A stretch of DNA of 24,861 nucleotides, taken from IMG/VR virus record IMGVR_UViG_3300048578_000174, positions 1 through 24,861 of that record; one strand, 5' to 3'. Below, piece after piece: positions 1 through 9,289 of this stretch. The number at the start of each line of letters is the position of its first letter. Within the stretch, counting starts at the first letter, position 1. The notes beneath the pieces are model-generated. The model did no database searches. It worked only from the letters and a program-made list of their open reading frames with translations, and was not told where the DNA came from. Origin of the DNA: a virus (lineage: Duplodnaviria > Caudoviricetes). The translations under genes were made by a program, and so were the position numbers.

Positions 1-161
1 GCCTGGAATCGCTTCACAGCCTACAGCGTGTCTGCGCCGAACGTTTTCCTGGTCACCGTCGTGATGTGATCGCCATAGAAACCTAGTTCCAAGAGCTTTT
101 GCTTACAAAAAAGCACGTCCTCGCCGGACGTGCCTTTCTTCAAAATGCGCGTAAATTCCAT
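1..161 (-). pseudogene. 5' end of a peptidoglycan-binding-domain (PG_binding_1-like) protein, probable endolysin, with an in-frame TAG at 23-21
   Basis: GGAGG RBS (171-167), ATG at 161; translates MEFTRILKKGTSGEDVLFCKQKLLELGFYGDHITTVTRKTFGADTL*AVKRFQ. LKKGxxGEDV..LLxLGF..FGxxTxxAVKxFQ is the PGBD signature and continues past the stop. Confidence 0.75.
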
Positions 162-223
162 TATTTCCTCCGTTTCGGATCAGATAAATTAATGGTTTCT
201 TCATGGTAATTCCGATAAGAATC

Positions 224-232
224 TGCTATGAT
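224..232 (+). promoter_or_regulatory. Candidate extended -10 promoter (TGcTATGAT), antisense to the late operon
   Basis: TG at 224-225, TATGAT at 227-232 in an AT-rich intergenic stretch; no clear -35. Confidence 0.45.
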
Positions 233-238
233 GCAAAT

Positions 239-385
239 ACATCAAGCTTGCATGGTATACACAACCTACCTACCCGGGTATGTCCCAATCCCTAACAAGA
301 TTTACCATGCAAATTAGAAAGGCACTCTCCCCCCCGGCTGAGTGCCTTTCGCTATTTTGGGCGCTCCATTAGGAGTGCCTTTTCT
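239..385 (+). ncRNA. Candidate small structured RNA
   Basis: Stem TTGCATGGTA (248-257)/TACCATGCAA (303-312) around a C-rich loop, hairpin GAAAGGCACTC/GAGTGCCTTTC (317-350), hairpin GGCGCTCC/GGAGTGCC plus T-run (359-385). Confidence 0.45.
317..385. terminator. Tandem hairpins; the second has a T-tract on + (intrinsic terminator), the first may terminate minus-strand transcription after the tail-tip gene
   Basis: 11-bp perfect stem at 317-350; 8-bp stem (one G-U) at 359-379 followed by TTTTCTATGTTT. Confidence 0.65.
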
Positions 386-397
386 ATGTTTCAACCC

Positions 398-2476
398 TTA
401 CACTGTTCTTTTCCAGAAATAACAAGTGATGTATGGCTGCAAATTGTTGTGCGCCGCACCGCTACCGTTGCTGCCAACCGAGCCAGAAACGGAACCCGTA
501 TGGTCATGCGACCCACCGGAACCGGTCGTCTGTCCGCTCGTTGATCCGCCGTTCGTCATATAGTAATAAGTAGAAGCCGATCCGCTTCCAACCTTATACG
601 AACCCGAAGATGCTTGGTGGGTATGCGCGCCATTGGCGTTCACCGTTACCGAACCACTGAACGAGTGATTGTGCGACGGCAACTCAGCTATCGCCAAAGT
701 ATGCGTGTTCGCACCGCCTGTTTTCTCCACTGTGTTAAAGTTCGTATCCGAGGTATTCACACCCACCGGCACGCGACCCGTTCCCCAGCGCACCCAGGTA
801 CCTCCGAGGAACGCGCTTTCATCCGCGGCGGATACCGTCATGCGAATGCTGCCAACCGGGAAGATCAGATTTGCCAGCCACAGAACGCCTGAAAACGTGA
901 CTGCATCGTCAAACTGCACATTCTCGCGGAACCGTGCCGGCCAGCCGACATCGAAGCTGTCCTCTTCGGCGACCTTCCCGACTGCCAATCCCATTCCGGT
1001 ACTGCGCACAGAGAGGATAACTTCCGCTGTGCTGAGATCGATATATCCGTATGCTTCGCCGAAATAGTCGCCGAGCGTTACGCGAATGTCGTAGGTATAC
1101 TGATTCGAGAGGCTTCCGCCGATGCGATAACTGCCGTTGACAGCATACGTGGAAAGTGTGAACGTCGTATCCGTGTAATATGCCTCGCTCTTGCGCTTAT
1201 ACCCGACCCTGAGTATGCGGGTGTTCTTGTTATTCACAGAGGAGATCGCGCCGGTTACCGCCACCATGGCGTATGTTCCCGTATTGCTGGCGTTGCCTGC
1301 AGCGTCGCACCGAAAGACCGCAACGGACTGCACGGACAGCGCGTCATACGCCACGACATCAAACGTTCCTGTCAGCACCGTCGATCGTCCCCGGCTGTCC
1401 GTGATCGTCGTGCGTATTGTGTTCGCGCCTACAGTTGTCAACTCATTTGTCGTGAAGGAGTTACCCGAATACGTCGCTCCGTTTACCGTGGTCGAAGTCG
1501 ACGAAATGGACGAACCGTAGACACCCGAAGCAGATATGCTGACGCTTAATTTGCTCTTTCGCTGAACAAAGCACACGAATTGCGTCGCCAATTCTTCCTC
1601 AGCTTCGGAGAACCAGATCGATCCCGTTGGCACGACGGAAGCGGGAATCGCGGCGTTAATGCTCGTCTGTGTCGTGCCAAGAAGCACCCCGTTGGAGTAG
1701 GTGTCGCAATAGAGCGTCCCAGCGACACTCGTCGCATTCGGCGCGGCGTTGGCCTCGTCGAGCGAAGATGTCCATGAAATGTTCGTTGCCGAGGTCTGCG
1801 TCGCGATCGTCGTCTCGGCGCGCGAGCCAAACTTCGCCCGAAGGGTATGCAGGAACGCGCTCGACGCCGGAGCGAGCGCGATCGTTGCTAAGCTACCAAG
1901 CGTGACGCCCGGTACACTCGGAGTCGTGACCCGTGGGATCGCCGGTAACGTGATACTCAACGAACCGCTGACAGAACCTATTGCCGACGAATACGTACAG
2001 TTCGCAACAAATGAGATTGTCGTTTGCCTGGTTCCGTCCGAGTTGTGAGTTACCGTACATTCACCGTATGCTTCGCTCTCTATGCTCGCATTGTCAGTCA
2101 GGATCATAAGGTACTGGTAGCCCAGCGCCGTATCGTATGGCTCCTGATACTGCGTGATGTATTCATCCCGGTAAGGGATGCGTGAGATTGCGAAGCCTCT
2201 GCCTGTGCGGTTGTAGACAACGCTTCCGTCGACCGATACGCTCATTGCGCCGCGCGAATTCGAATCGACATTGTTGCAGTAAACGTCGTACTGCGAAGTG
2301 TTACCAGAGGTCGCCAAAAACACATAGAACCGGATGATTGAAGCATTGCTGGCGGCTGACTGTGAAATGATCTTGTATTCCAGCCAGCAAGAAATCTTGC
2401 TGGCTGCGGTACCAGAAAGAGAACCGTTGACGATCGTATATCCGTCATGAATCGACTCATATGGCCAATTTGCCAT
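398..2476 (-). CDS. Tail tip/baseplate (receptor-binding) protein, DUF859-like N-terminus with gp10-C-like C-terminal domain
   Basis: 692 aa, S/T/G rich; LPAIPR..P linker; C-terminal FPVGSI..GGTW..GRVPVGV..TGG..HTL...ELPSHNH...HNNLQPYITCYFWKR with HxH motifs; directly after Tal. Confidence 0.8.
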   Translation of the reverse strand: MANWPYESIHDGYTIVNGSLSGTAASKISCWLEYKIISQSAASNASIIRFYVFLATSGNTSQYDVYCNNVDSNSRGAMSVSVDGSVVYNRTGRGFAISRIPYRDEYITQYQEPYDTALGYQYLMILTDNASIESEAYGECTVTHNSDGTRQTTISFVANCTYSSAIGSVSGSLSITLPAIPRVTTPSVPGVTLGSLATIALAPASSAFLHTLRAKFGSRAETTIATQTSATNISWTSSLDEANAAPNATSVAGTLYCDTYSNGVLLGTTQTSINAAIPASVVPTGSIWFSEAEEELATQFVCFVQRKSKLSVSISASGVYGSSISSTSTTVNGATYSGNSFTTNELTTVGANTIRTTITDSRGRSTVLTGTFDVVAYDALSVQSVAVFRCDAAGNASNTGTYAMVAVTGAISSVNNKNTRILRVGYKRKSEAYYTDTTFTLSTYAVNGSYRIGGSLSNQYTYDIRVTLGDYFGEAYGYIDLSTAEVILSVRSTGMGLAVGKVAEEDSFDVGWPARFRENVQFDDAVTFSGVLWLANLIFPVGSIRMTVSAADESAFLGGTWVRWGTGRVPVGVNTSDTNFNTVEKTGGANTHTLAIAELPSHNHSFSGSVTVNANGAHTHQASSGSYKVGSGSASTYYYMTNGGSTSGQTTGSGGSHDHTGSVSGSVGSNGSGAAHNNLQPYITCYFWKRTV

Positions 2477-2480
2477 TTCC

Positions 2481-4124
2481 TCACCCTCCGATCTTCTTAA
2501 AGTTCAAGTTTCCACTCTCGGGCACCCAAGCGTAACCGCCAATCCGCAGCGAAGAAAGCACTTGAACATCGTTGACGTACAATTTGCCGGAAGAGAAATA
2601 GGCTATCGCGCTAACGGTGGTCACGCTATTCTCGCTTCCGGAGAAGAAATAAAGCACATCGTTTTCCAGCTTGAGCTTGATTGCGGACGTGCTCTTCCCG
2701 ATCACAATACCGGAGGAAATCAGCCGAATGAAACTGCGCACCGACTCGAACTGCTGCGACGTTTCACCGTTCAAGGTTGAGATTCGGCTCGCAGTTTCCG
2801 TAAAGTTCGCCTCGATCGTCCCTGCCATGATGGAAAGCGACGTCTGTATCGTATTCTGCAACGCGACGAAGTCCTGCGTTCGGACATAATCCTCCAGCGC
2901 GGTTATGATAATCTGCTGCGCGGATTGCAGGATCGAGGTGTTCTGGGTGATCTGCTCCTGCACAATCTCTTTGATCTCACCGTGCGTGGTGTAATCCGCC
3001 TCGATCGTTTCAATGCGATTCTTCACCGACGAGTTTTGCTGGATCTCCTCACCGATCAATGATGGGCGGGAATCCCCTAACACAATCCCAGTGCTAGCCG
3101 GGTTATTCAGCGGAATGGTCACTTCGGACAGAATGTACATCTCTTCTGGGCAGAGCGTGCCACAAGAGACAACAACTTTATCCAGAAATTGGAACGACTC
3201 TAGATTCGCGTCCGCGTTGTGCAGATCGACCGCCGAGAGTTTGATCGTCTGCTTGAATCGCGCACCAGTTCCGCTCAGCCAATCATGGCCTTTGTTCATG
3301 AGGATCGTCACGTCGGTGATTTCGTCCCACGTGGTCAAGCCAGATGGTGCAAAGATCACCCCATACTCCGCCGCAAGCGCCGAATCAGTGAGGTAATCCT
3401 GCCCATCGTTCACGCTCGCAATCGTGAGACGTGCATCGCTCTCCGATTCCGGGTCGATGTCCTTCAGCGCCGCGCCAAGTGGAACGCAGGCGGTGTAAGT
3501 TTCGGACGCGTTCTTGATCAGCACAAGATCGATCAGGTTCTCGCCGAATTCAATTCGCTGCGTCGATGTATCAGGCACATCTGAGAGATAGTTCAGAATC
3601 GGATCCTCGTTTTCGTCGAAACGAACAATCAAGTAGCCACCGAATATGTCAATAAGGTAAGTCTTCAGTACCTGCCATACGGAGAGATAGTCTTTTGTAG
3701 CAATGCTGACCGAGCCAGCAAGATCGCAGTTCCCTATGCCAAGTCGCTGATTCACGTTCATCTGCGCGTTGTGTAGGGTTAGAATATGTGTCCAAATATC
3801 CGTCGCCGTTCCATCTATAGCAAATGGACGGAGGATGCTGTCTAGTAAAAACGCCAGCGTCCCTTCTACAACCACCTTGCGGTTCTCGTACAGATCCCGC
3901 TCGTCTTCGATCGCTCGTCCAACCCAGACCAGAACATCGTCTCGATAAACCTTGATGCGACTCTTGAGCTTTTCCAATACACCGTAGTTTGGGTGTTCCT
4001 TCGGAATCTTGAACGACAGCTCACCCGGCTCGTTTTTCTTCTGCGTCAACTCCGGCTCGAACACGAACAAATCCGGCAAACGCGGATCGTAGAGCACATA
4101 CGAATCACAGAGTATTCGGTACAT
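2481..4124 (-). CDS. Tail-associated (Tal / prophage tail endopeptidase-like) hub protein
   Basis: 547 aa; N-terminal NEPGELSFKIPKEHPNY, WVGR, IEFGENLIDL motifs typical of Prophage_tail proteins; coiled-coil C-terminus; follows Dit with TGATG overlap. Confidence 0.8.
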   Translation of the reverse strand: MYRILCDSYVLYDPRLPDLFVFEPELTQKKNEPGELSFKIPKEHPNYGVLEKLKSRIKVYRDDVLVWVGRAIEDERDLYENRKVVVEGTLAFLLDSILRPFAIDGTATDIWTHILTLHNAQMNVNQRLGIGNCDLAGSVSIATKDYLSVWQVLKTYLIDIFGGYLIVRFDENEDPILNYLSDVPDTSTQRIEFGENLIDLVLIKNASETYTACVPLGAALKDIDPESESDARLTIASVNDGQDYLTDSALAAEYGVIFAPSGLTTWDEITDVTILMNKGHDWLSGTGARFKQTIKLSAVDLHNADANLESFQFLDKVVVSCGTLCPEEMYILSEVTIPLNNPASTGIVLGDSRPSLIGEEIQQNSSVKNRIETIEADYTTHGEIKEIVQEQITQNTSILQSAQQIIITALEDYVRTQDFVALQNTIQTSLSIMAGTIEANFTETASRISTLNGETSQQFESVRSFIRLISSGIVIGKSTSAIKLKLENDVLYFFSGSENSVTTVSAIAYFSSGKLYVNDVQVLSSLRIGGYAWVPESGNLNFKKIGG

Positions 4125-4765
4125 CAGAGCGCCCCCTTCCGATATGTGAACGTGATCGAGCCGATACCCGTAATCTCAACTTGCGTATCGCCCTGCATGA
4201 GAACAAGCGAAGAAACAACATGAGATCCCGGAGCGAGATGAATCGTATGAACGACTCCTGCGATAGTGAACGCAAGCGTCATTTCGGCGGAGACGGTGAT
4301 TGTCGGTACGACGGGCATACGCGTGTTGGCTAATGTTATGGTCACGCTGCCTGTTGGAAGTACTGTAATCGTAGTATCGAAGTGCTCCATCTTGTACGGT
4401 CTTGCACGACATTCCAGCGATAGTTCGCAGTATCCTGCGTGCCGCTCGACGTCCTCCAGCGTAACTCGGGCATCATAGTAGAATGTCGGGTCGCGATCGA
4501 AGATCAAATTCATACGTCGCCCGTGCAAATCCGCTGCAAATGCGGAAATCAGTGTATCGAATGGTGCGCGGGCATATAACGTGAGCGGGATGATCCTGTC
4601 GGTGTATCGCACCGTACCGAACGCTTCCGACAGATCGAGCGCGCCGTCGCGTCCCGGGATCTCAACAAAGTTCGTCTGCGGCTCCGGCATGGGGATGGCG
4701 TAGGGCGCGACGATCAGGCCGTAGTCTGCATGTGCCCACTTGGGTCCGAATCGGATATCGCTCAC
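4124..4765 (-). CDS. Distal tail protein (Dit)
   Basis: True start probably GTG 4765 overlapping the TMP stop (GTGA), 213 aa; VEIPGRDGALDLS..YTDR, DPTFYYDAR, CRARPYK Dit-like motifs. Confidence 0.8.
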   Translation of the reverse strand: MSDIRFGPKWAHADYGLIVAPYAIPMPEPQTNFVEIPGRDGALDLSEAFGTVRYTDRIIPLTLYARAPFDTLISAFAADLHGRRMNLIFDRDPTFYYDARVTLEDVERHAGYCELSLECRARPYKMEHFDTTITVLPTGSVTITLANTRMPVVPTITVSAEMTLAFTIAGVVHTIHLAPGSHVVSSLVLMQGDTQVEITGIGSITFTYRKGAL

Positions 4766-7101
4766 GTCAGCCGCTCCTTTCGTCTGCGAATCGTACCGAG
4801 CGCGTCGTCCATAGCAGGTGCTAGCCAACCGATCGTTGCCCCCGTGTCCGCGACCAACTGCATCCCGGCTAGCTGCGGCAGATATCGCCGCACTTCACCG
4901 ATCAGCACGTCCAGTTTCTGAGAAAGTAGATCGCTCGTGCCGTCGATACCGATGCTATTCGGTAAGTTCGTCAGGACATCGATCGCGCCGACGTCAACAC
5001 TGGTCGGGATCGCGCTCTTGATCTGATTGTTCACGTCCTCCATGGCGTCGGTAAATCCAACGCCAACGCCCTGGCCCATGTTCTCGCCGATTCCGGCGAA
5101 CACCTTGGATGGCGACGCGATGCCGAGCGCTTTCTTCGCGCTTTTCACGATGTTGGAGAAGAAGTCGCGCACTTTCGAAGCCAGCCAAGAGGCCATGCTC
5201 TTGATGCCTTCCCAAAGGCCGCTGACGATGTTCTTGCCAATCTCCACCACCGAGGATACCGACGACCCGAACCCGTTCAGAATTGCGGAAACAATCTGCG
5301 GCAAGGCCGCAACCAGCTGCGGAAGAGCCTTGATCAGGCCAATCGAAAGCTGAATCGTGAACTCGATGCCCATGGCCATGAGGGTCGGGAGATTGTTCAT
5401 GAAGAAGTTAATGATCCCAGTAATGAGCTTCGGCAACGCTTCAATCAGCTTCGGTAGCGCGCGGATGATGCCCTCCGCCAGCCCTTTCACAATCGAAAAC
5501 GCCGCGTCCAGAATCTTGTCCATGTTGTCGAACAGCGTTTCGCAGATCAGCAGCACCGCTTCGATGATCGCGGGAATCAGCGTCGGAAGCGCATCGCCTA
5601 TACCTTGCTCCAGCGATGCGACCATTTGAATCGCCGCCTCCACCAATGCTGGCAGCATGTCGACAATCCCCTGCGCAAGCGTGGTGATCAGTTGCACCGC
5701 ACCGTCCGTAAACTGCGGAAGTGCCGTGATTACACCCTGCAGCAGCGTCATAACGATCTCGGAAGCGGCGGAGATCAACGTCGGCAAATTCGCCGCCAAC
5801 GCGCCGCCGATCGCGCTCACAATGCTCATGCCCACCTGCACGAACTGCGGCAGGCTGCCGAGAATCATGTTTGCGATTCCGCCGACTGTCTCACCGAGTA
5901 CGACAGTGATCTTGTCGAAATCGCCGCCCGCCGCGGCAAGCCCCGATGTGAAATCGCCAAGCAGAGAAACGCCATCGTCCGCGAGCGTCTGTAATTGCGG
6001 GAGTAGTACCGTACCCATGACCCGCTGCGCCGCTTCCGATCCCTGCTTGAGCCGTTGTACGGAATCATCGAACGCGCCGAACTTCGCGATCGTATCCTCG
6101 CTCAGCACCGCACCCATTCGCTTGGCTTCATCGGTCAGCGCCGCGATACCCTCACTGCCCTGCGCAATCAACGGATTCAAATCCTGCGCGCTCTTGCCAA
6201 ACAGCTGCATGGCCAGCGCGTCGCGCTCCGTTTCGTTCGATACTTTACCGAGCGCGTCGATGGCGTCCCAGTAAACATCTTCGCTGTTTCGAAGCGTTCC
6301 ATCCGCGTTAGTCACCGAAACGCCAAGCCGATCATATGCTTTGGCAAACTGCTCGCTGCCGCCAGCGGCGCTGGACATGGACTTGACGTTCTTCGCCATG
6401 GAGCCGGTCAACGTCTCGAGCGACACATCTACGAGGTCGGCGGCGTAGGAATACGCCTGTAGTCGTTCCACGCTCATGCCGGTAATGGAACTCTGCGTCA
6501 GCATTTCATCCGCATATGCCGCGGTGTTGACCGTCATGGCGACGAGCTCTTTGCCAGCAGCCACTGCCGCCGTTCCGATTGCCACCATTGCCGCGCCGAG
6601 CGCTACCCCAATCCCTTTGACGACCGAGCCGAGCTTGTCAAAGCGCCCGCCCGCGTCATCCGCTTGATCGGCGGACTGCTTGATCTCGTCCCCGAACTCG
6701 TCCGCCTGTTTGCCAGCTGAATCCAGATCACTCGCCGTACTTTCCAGCGCGGTTTCGTTTGCGCCAAGCTCGCGCTCCATTCCGTTGAGGGCTGCTTTCG
6801 CGTTGTTGAGCTGCACCTGCCAAGACTGGGTGCGCTTATCGTTCTCTCCAAAAGAAGAAGCCGCGTTCTGCAACGCGGCTTCGAGGGTTTCTACCTTATC
6901 TTTTTGAGCGTCAATCTCTTTGCGCAGGACTTGGTTTCGCGCGGTCAGAGCACCGACCGATTTGTCCTGTTTTTCAAATTGGGAGGTAACGAGATTCATC
7001 TCGCTTCCAAGCACCTTGAACGACTGGTTGATCTCGGAGAGGGCTTTCTTGAACTCTTTTTCGCCCTCAATTCCAATCTTGAGTCCGAAGTCGGACGGCA
7101 T
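4762..7101 (-). CDS. Tail tape measure protein
   Basis: 779 aa; MPSDFGLKIGIEGEKEFKKAL start, coiled-coil N-terminus, repeated LPxL/F amphipathic segments, ALGIASPSKVF C-terminal motif. Confidence 0.93.
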   Translation of the reverse strand: MPSDFGLKIGIEGEKEFKKALSEINQSFKVLGSEMNLVTSQFEKQDKSVGALTARNQVLRKEIDAQKDKVETLEAALQNAASSFGENDKRTQSWQVQLNNAKAALNGMERELGANETALESTASDLDSAGKQADEFGDEIKQSADQADDAGGRFDKLGSVVKGIGVALGAAMVAIGTAAVAAGKELVAMTVNTAAYADEMLTQSSITGMSVERLQAYSYAADLVDVSLETLTGSMAKNVKSMSSAAGGSEQFAKAYDRLGVSVTNADGTLRNSEDVYWDAIDALGKVSNETERDALAMQLFGKSAQDLNPLIAQGSEGIAALTDEAKRMGAVLSEDTIAKFGAFDDSVQRLKQGSEAAQRVMGTVLLPQLQTLADDGVSLLGDFTSGLAAAGGDFDKITVVLGETVGGIANMILGSLPQFVQVGMSIVSAIGGALAANLPTLISAASEIVMTLLQGVITALPQFTDGAVQLITTLAQGIVDMLPALVEAAIQMVASLEQGIGDALPTLIPAIIEAVLLICETLFDNMDKILDAAFSIVKGLAEGIIRALPKLIEALPKLITGIINFFMNNLPTLMAMGIEFTIQLSIGLIKALPQLVAALPQIVSAILNGFGSSVSSVVEIGKNIVSGLWEGIKSMASWLASKVRDFFSNIVKSAKKALGIASPSKVFAGIGENMGQGVGVGFTDAMEDVNNQIKSAIPTSVDVGAIDVLTNLPNSIGIDGTSDLLSQKLDVLIGEVRRYLPQLAGMQLVADTGATIGWLAPAMDDALGTIRRRKERLT

Positions 7102-7131
7102 TTCATCACCACCCTAGGAGAAAATGGGCAT

Positions 7132-7153
7132 AAAAAAACGACCCGAAGGTCGT
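7132..7153 (-). terminator. Intrinsic terminator of the AT-rich moron
   Basis: Minus strand ACGACC-TTCG-GGTCGT followed by T7 (cUUCGg tetraloop). Confidence 0.85.
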
Positions 7154-7181
7154 AAGTTATATTTTAGCTGTCTTTCAGTTT

Positions 7182-8057
7182 CTAAGTATCACTATCATCG
7201 CTTACACGCTCGTTTGCTTGAAAATCCAACCGCGTTCGCTTTTGGAAATGCTCTTCTGTGAGCGAAACATCATCACTAATTCTCATGTAGATATTACCAT
7301 GATCAAACCATTTACTTCTATCAGGTTCACAATAGTAATCATACAACCGATAAAAGCACTCGGATAGAAGCATGTTTTCTTTTTTATGCCTAGTAGCATC
7401 TTCCTCGTTACTCATGATTACCATATCAATTGGCAGTAAAAAAGTATATAAAAAATAATTGCTGCTTCGTTTGTAATCTTCTGCAAGCAAGGGAAAATCT
7501 AATAACTCAGCTAAGTCTGAAATTAGCTCTGGACATCTGTATAGATGTAAAAAATAACCCGCTTTTTTTATTCTGTCTGCGAAAGCAAATCCATTAATAC
7601 ATTGATCAATTTGTGTATAGTCAGACTGTCCTAGTCTGATCTTGATTCGCGAAGATGCTGGTGATTGAAATTCCGGTACTATCTCAATTCCATTATGATA
7701 CATGTGTATTATCTTTGCATCTTTTGCGAAAAAAATACCGTGTTCTTTCAGGAAATTGGCTACTGGCGAATTACTAAGAAGTAGCTCTGCTAAGTTACAA
7801 CATACATTTTCTTCATCCATGGAACCAACTAACCGGCGCGATAAATGGTGCAAACAAACACTATCTATTTGCTGTCTAGCACGTATAATTGTGAACTCCG
7901 ATACTTTCTGCTTAATGCGCACCCCGTCGATTATTCCATTCTCAAAGCATCCGTCATATAGAGAGCGAGAAAACTCCTCTATCTCTGAAGAATGGCAGTC
8001 AAATAACTCAATAATCGATGTCTCAATGGATTCGATCGTGTCAGTGCTAATATACAT
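7182..8057 (-). CDS. Hypothetical protein, moron between tail chaperone and tape measure genes
   Basis: 291 aa ORF, visibly AT-richer than flanks, own candidate promoter and terminator; no family recognised. Confidence 0.8.
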   Translation of the reverse strand: MYISTDTIESIETSIIELFDCHSSEIEEFSRSLYDGCFENGIIDGVRIKQKVSEFTIIRARQQIDSVCLHHLSRRLVGSMDEENVCCNLAELLLSNSPVANFLKEHGIFFAKDAKIIHMYHNGIEIVPEFQSPASSRIKIRLGQSDYTQIDQCINGFAFADRIKKAGYFLHLYRCPELISDLAELLDFPLLAEDYKRSSNYFLYTFLLPIDMVIMSNEEDATRHKKENMLLSECFYRLYDYYCEPDRSKWFDHGNIYMRISDDVSLTEEHFQKRTRLDFQANERVSDDSDT

Positions 8058-8088
8058 TCAATTATACTCGCCTTCGCTCATTAAATGA

Positions 8089-8116
8089 ATACTAGCACAT
8101 TTGGCAACTTGCTCAA
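8089..8116 (-). promoter_or_regulatory. Candidate sigma-A promoter for the moron
   Basis: TTGAGC (8116-8111), 16-nt spacer ending in TGc, TAGTAT (8094-8089). Confidence 0.45.
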
Positions 8117-8120
8117 AGCT

Positions 8121-8695
8121 CTACAATCCAACTGGTATCAAGTTTTCAATTGACATTTCTGATTTACCTTTAGACAACCCATAGAATTGCCGATACACCT
8201 CCCACTGATCAAGCAGAGCACCAAGCGGTATTAACCAGACTTCGCGCTCTGGCCTGCCCAGCAAGGTCACCCCGTAGAAGATCAGTCGGGCAAACAGCTC
8301 TTCGTCGCTTGCCCGACCGATACGTTTTTTGAGGGCTCCTCCTCGCTTTCGACATAGCGCTTCGTACCCTTGACCATCGCTTCCATGATCGCGGCTTTAT
8401 AGCCAGACAGATCCAGCGGCGTGGTGAGCAACTCGACCGCTTCCTCGGTTAAAAGCTCACGCTTATCGTCTGGTTCGAGCAAGTTATGTACGAGCGTGCT
8501 CTGGTTCGCGAGCAGCGTAATCAGCCACACCACTTCATCCAGCGCTAGCTCGAAGTTCTCCGCTTTCATGAGCTTATCGCCAAGGTGCTCCAAACCGCCG
8601 TAGCGCTTCGCAATCTCCTTTGTCGCGCGGGTAGTCAGGAGCATTTCATACTCCCGATTTCCGATTCGGATCATCGCGCCTCTGTCGTTTTCCAT
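8121..8695 (-). CDS. Tail assembly chaperone gpGT, -1 programmed frameshift product
   Basis: Slippery A-AAA-AAC at 8330-8324; -1 frame open to TAG at 8123-8121: RIGRASDEELFARLIFYGVTLLGRPEREVWLIPLGALLDQWEVYRQFYGLSKGKSEMSIENLIPVGL. Confidence 0.8.
8282..8695 (-). CDS. Tail assembly chaperone gpG
   Basis: 137 aa between major tail protein and TMP; ends shortly after a ...PSKN slippery site. Confidence 0.85.
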   Translation of the reverse strand: MENDRGAMIRIGNREYEMLLTTRATKEIAKRYGGLEHLGDKLMKAENFELALDEVVWLITLLANQSTLVHNLLEPDDKRELLTEEAVELLTTPLDLSGYKAAIMEAMVKGTKRYVESEEEPSKNVSVGQATKSCLPD

Positions 8696-8698
8696 GTG

Positions 8699-9289
8699 TT
8701 ATCCCTCCGCCGCAAATGTCGGCTCGTAGACCTGCGTGTACCAACCCGAGATCGTCGCCGCCGATACGCTCGTATCGTCCTCGTTGACCTCCGCTTTCCA
8801 CGGATGCTTGCCCTGTCCATCCAGCTTGTTGCGCCGGATGATCGTTCCCTCAATCGACGGGGTCGAGAACGTAATGTTGTCGCCCTTCGTCTGTAGGTTC
8901 GTCGCGGGAATGCCGAACACGACGCGGTACAGCCAGAAGTAACGGTACTTGCCGTTGCTTTTCTTCGCACGAAACCCAATCGCGACAGGCTGACCGCCAT
9001 TTTCACTCTGGGATACCAGCACCTTGTTATCGTCGATCTGCGATCCGGTTAGATCGCTTGCGACCGCCGCACCGATGTTGTCGATCCCAAGCGTAAGTGT
9101 TCCGCTCTTGAACTCTTTGACCACCTCAGCCGCGCCATCGTCGGCGTAGAGCGTCGCTTCATTGATATCGATCTTTAATTCCGCGGACATCGCCTTGGCG
9201 AGCGATACGGGCGCGGCATAGGTCTCGTCGCCGTTTGCGCCTTCGGTGATCTTCGCATAATACAATTTATCCAACCCTATGGTTGCCAT
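8699..9289 (-). CDS. Major tail protein (phi13 family)
   Basis: 196 aa; MATIGLDKLYYAKI, LYADDG..E, VAIGFRAKKSNGKYRYFWLY, TKGDNITF. Confidence 0.92.
   Translation of the reverse strand: MATIGLDKLYYAKITEGANGDETYAAPVSLAKAMSAELKIDINEATLYADDGAAEVVKEFKSGTLTLGIDNIGAAVASDLTGSQIDDNKVLVSQSENGGQPVAIGFRAKKSNGKYRYFWLYRVVFGIPATNLQTKGDNITFSTPSIEGTIIRRNKLDGQGKHPWKAEVNEDDTSVSAATISGWYTQVYEPTFAAEG

Noticed and set aside
228-317. Short + strand ORF (MMQIHQACMVYTTYLPGYVPIPNKIYHAN) as a type I toxin
   Set aside because: No RBS, start overlaps the putative -10, not hydrophobic
398-1000. Diversity-generating retroelement or invertible tail-fibre cassette
   Set aside because: No reverse transcriptase, template repeat or invertase seen in the window
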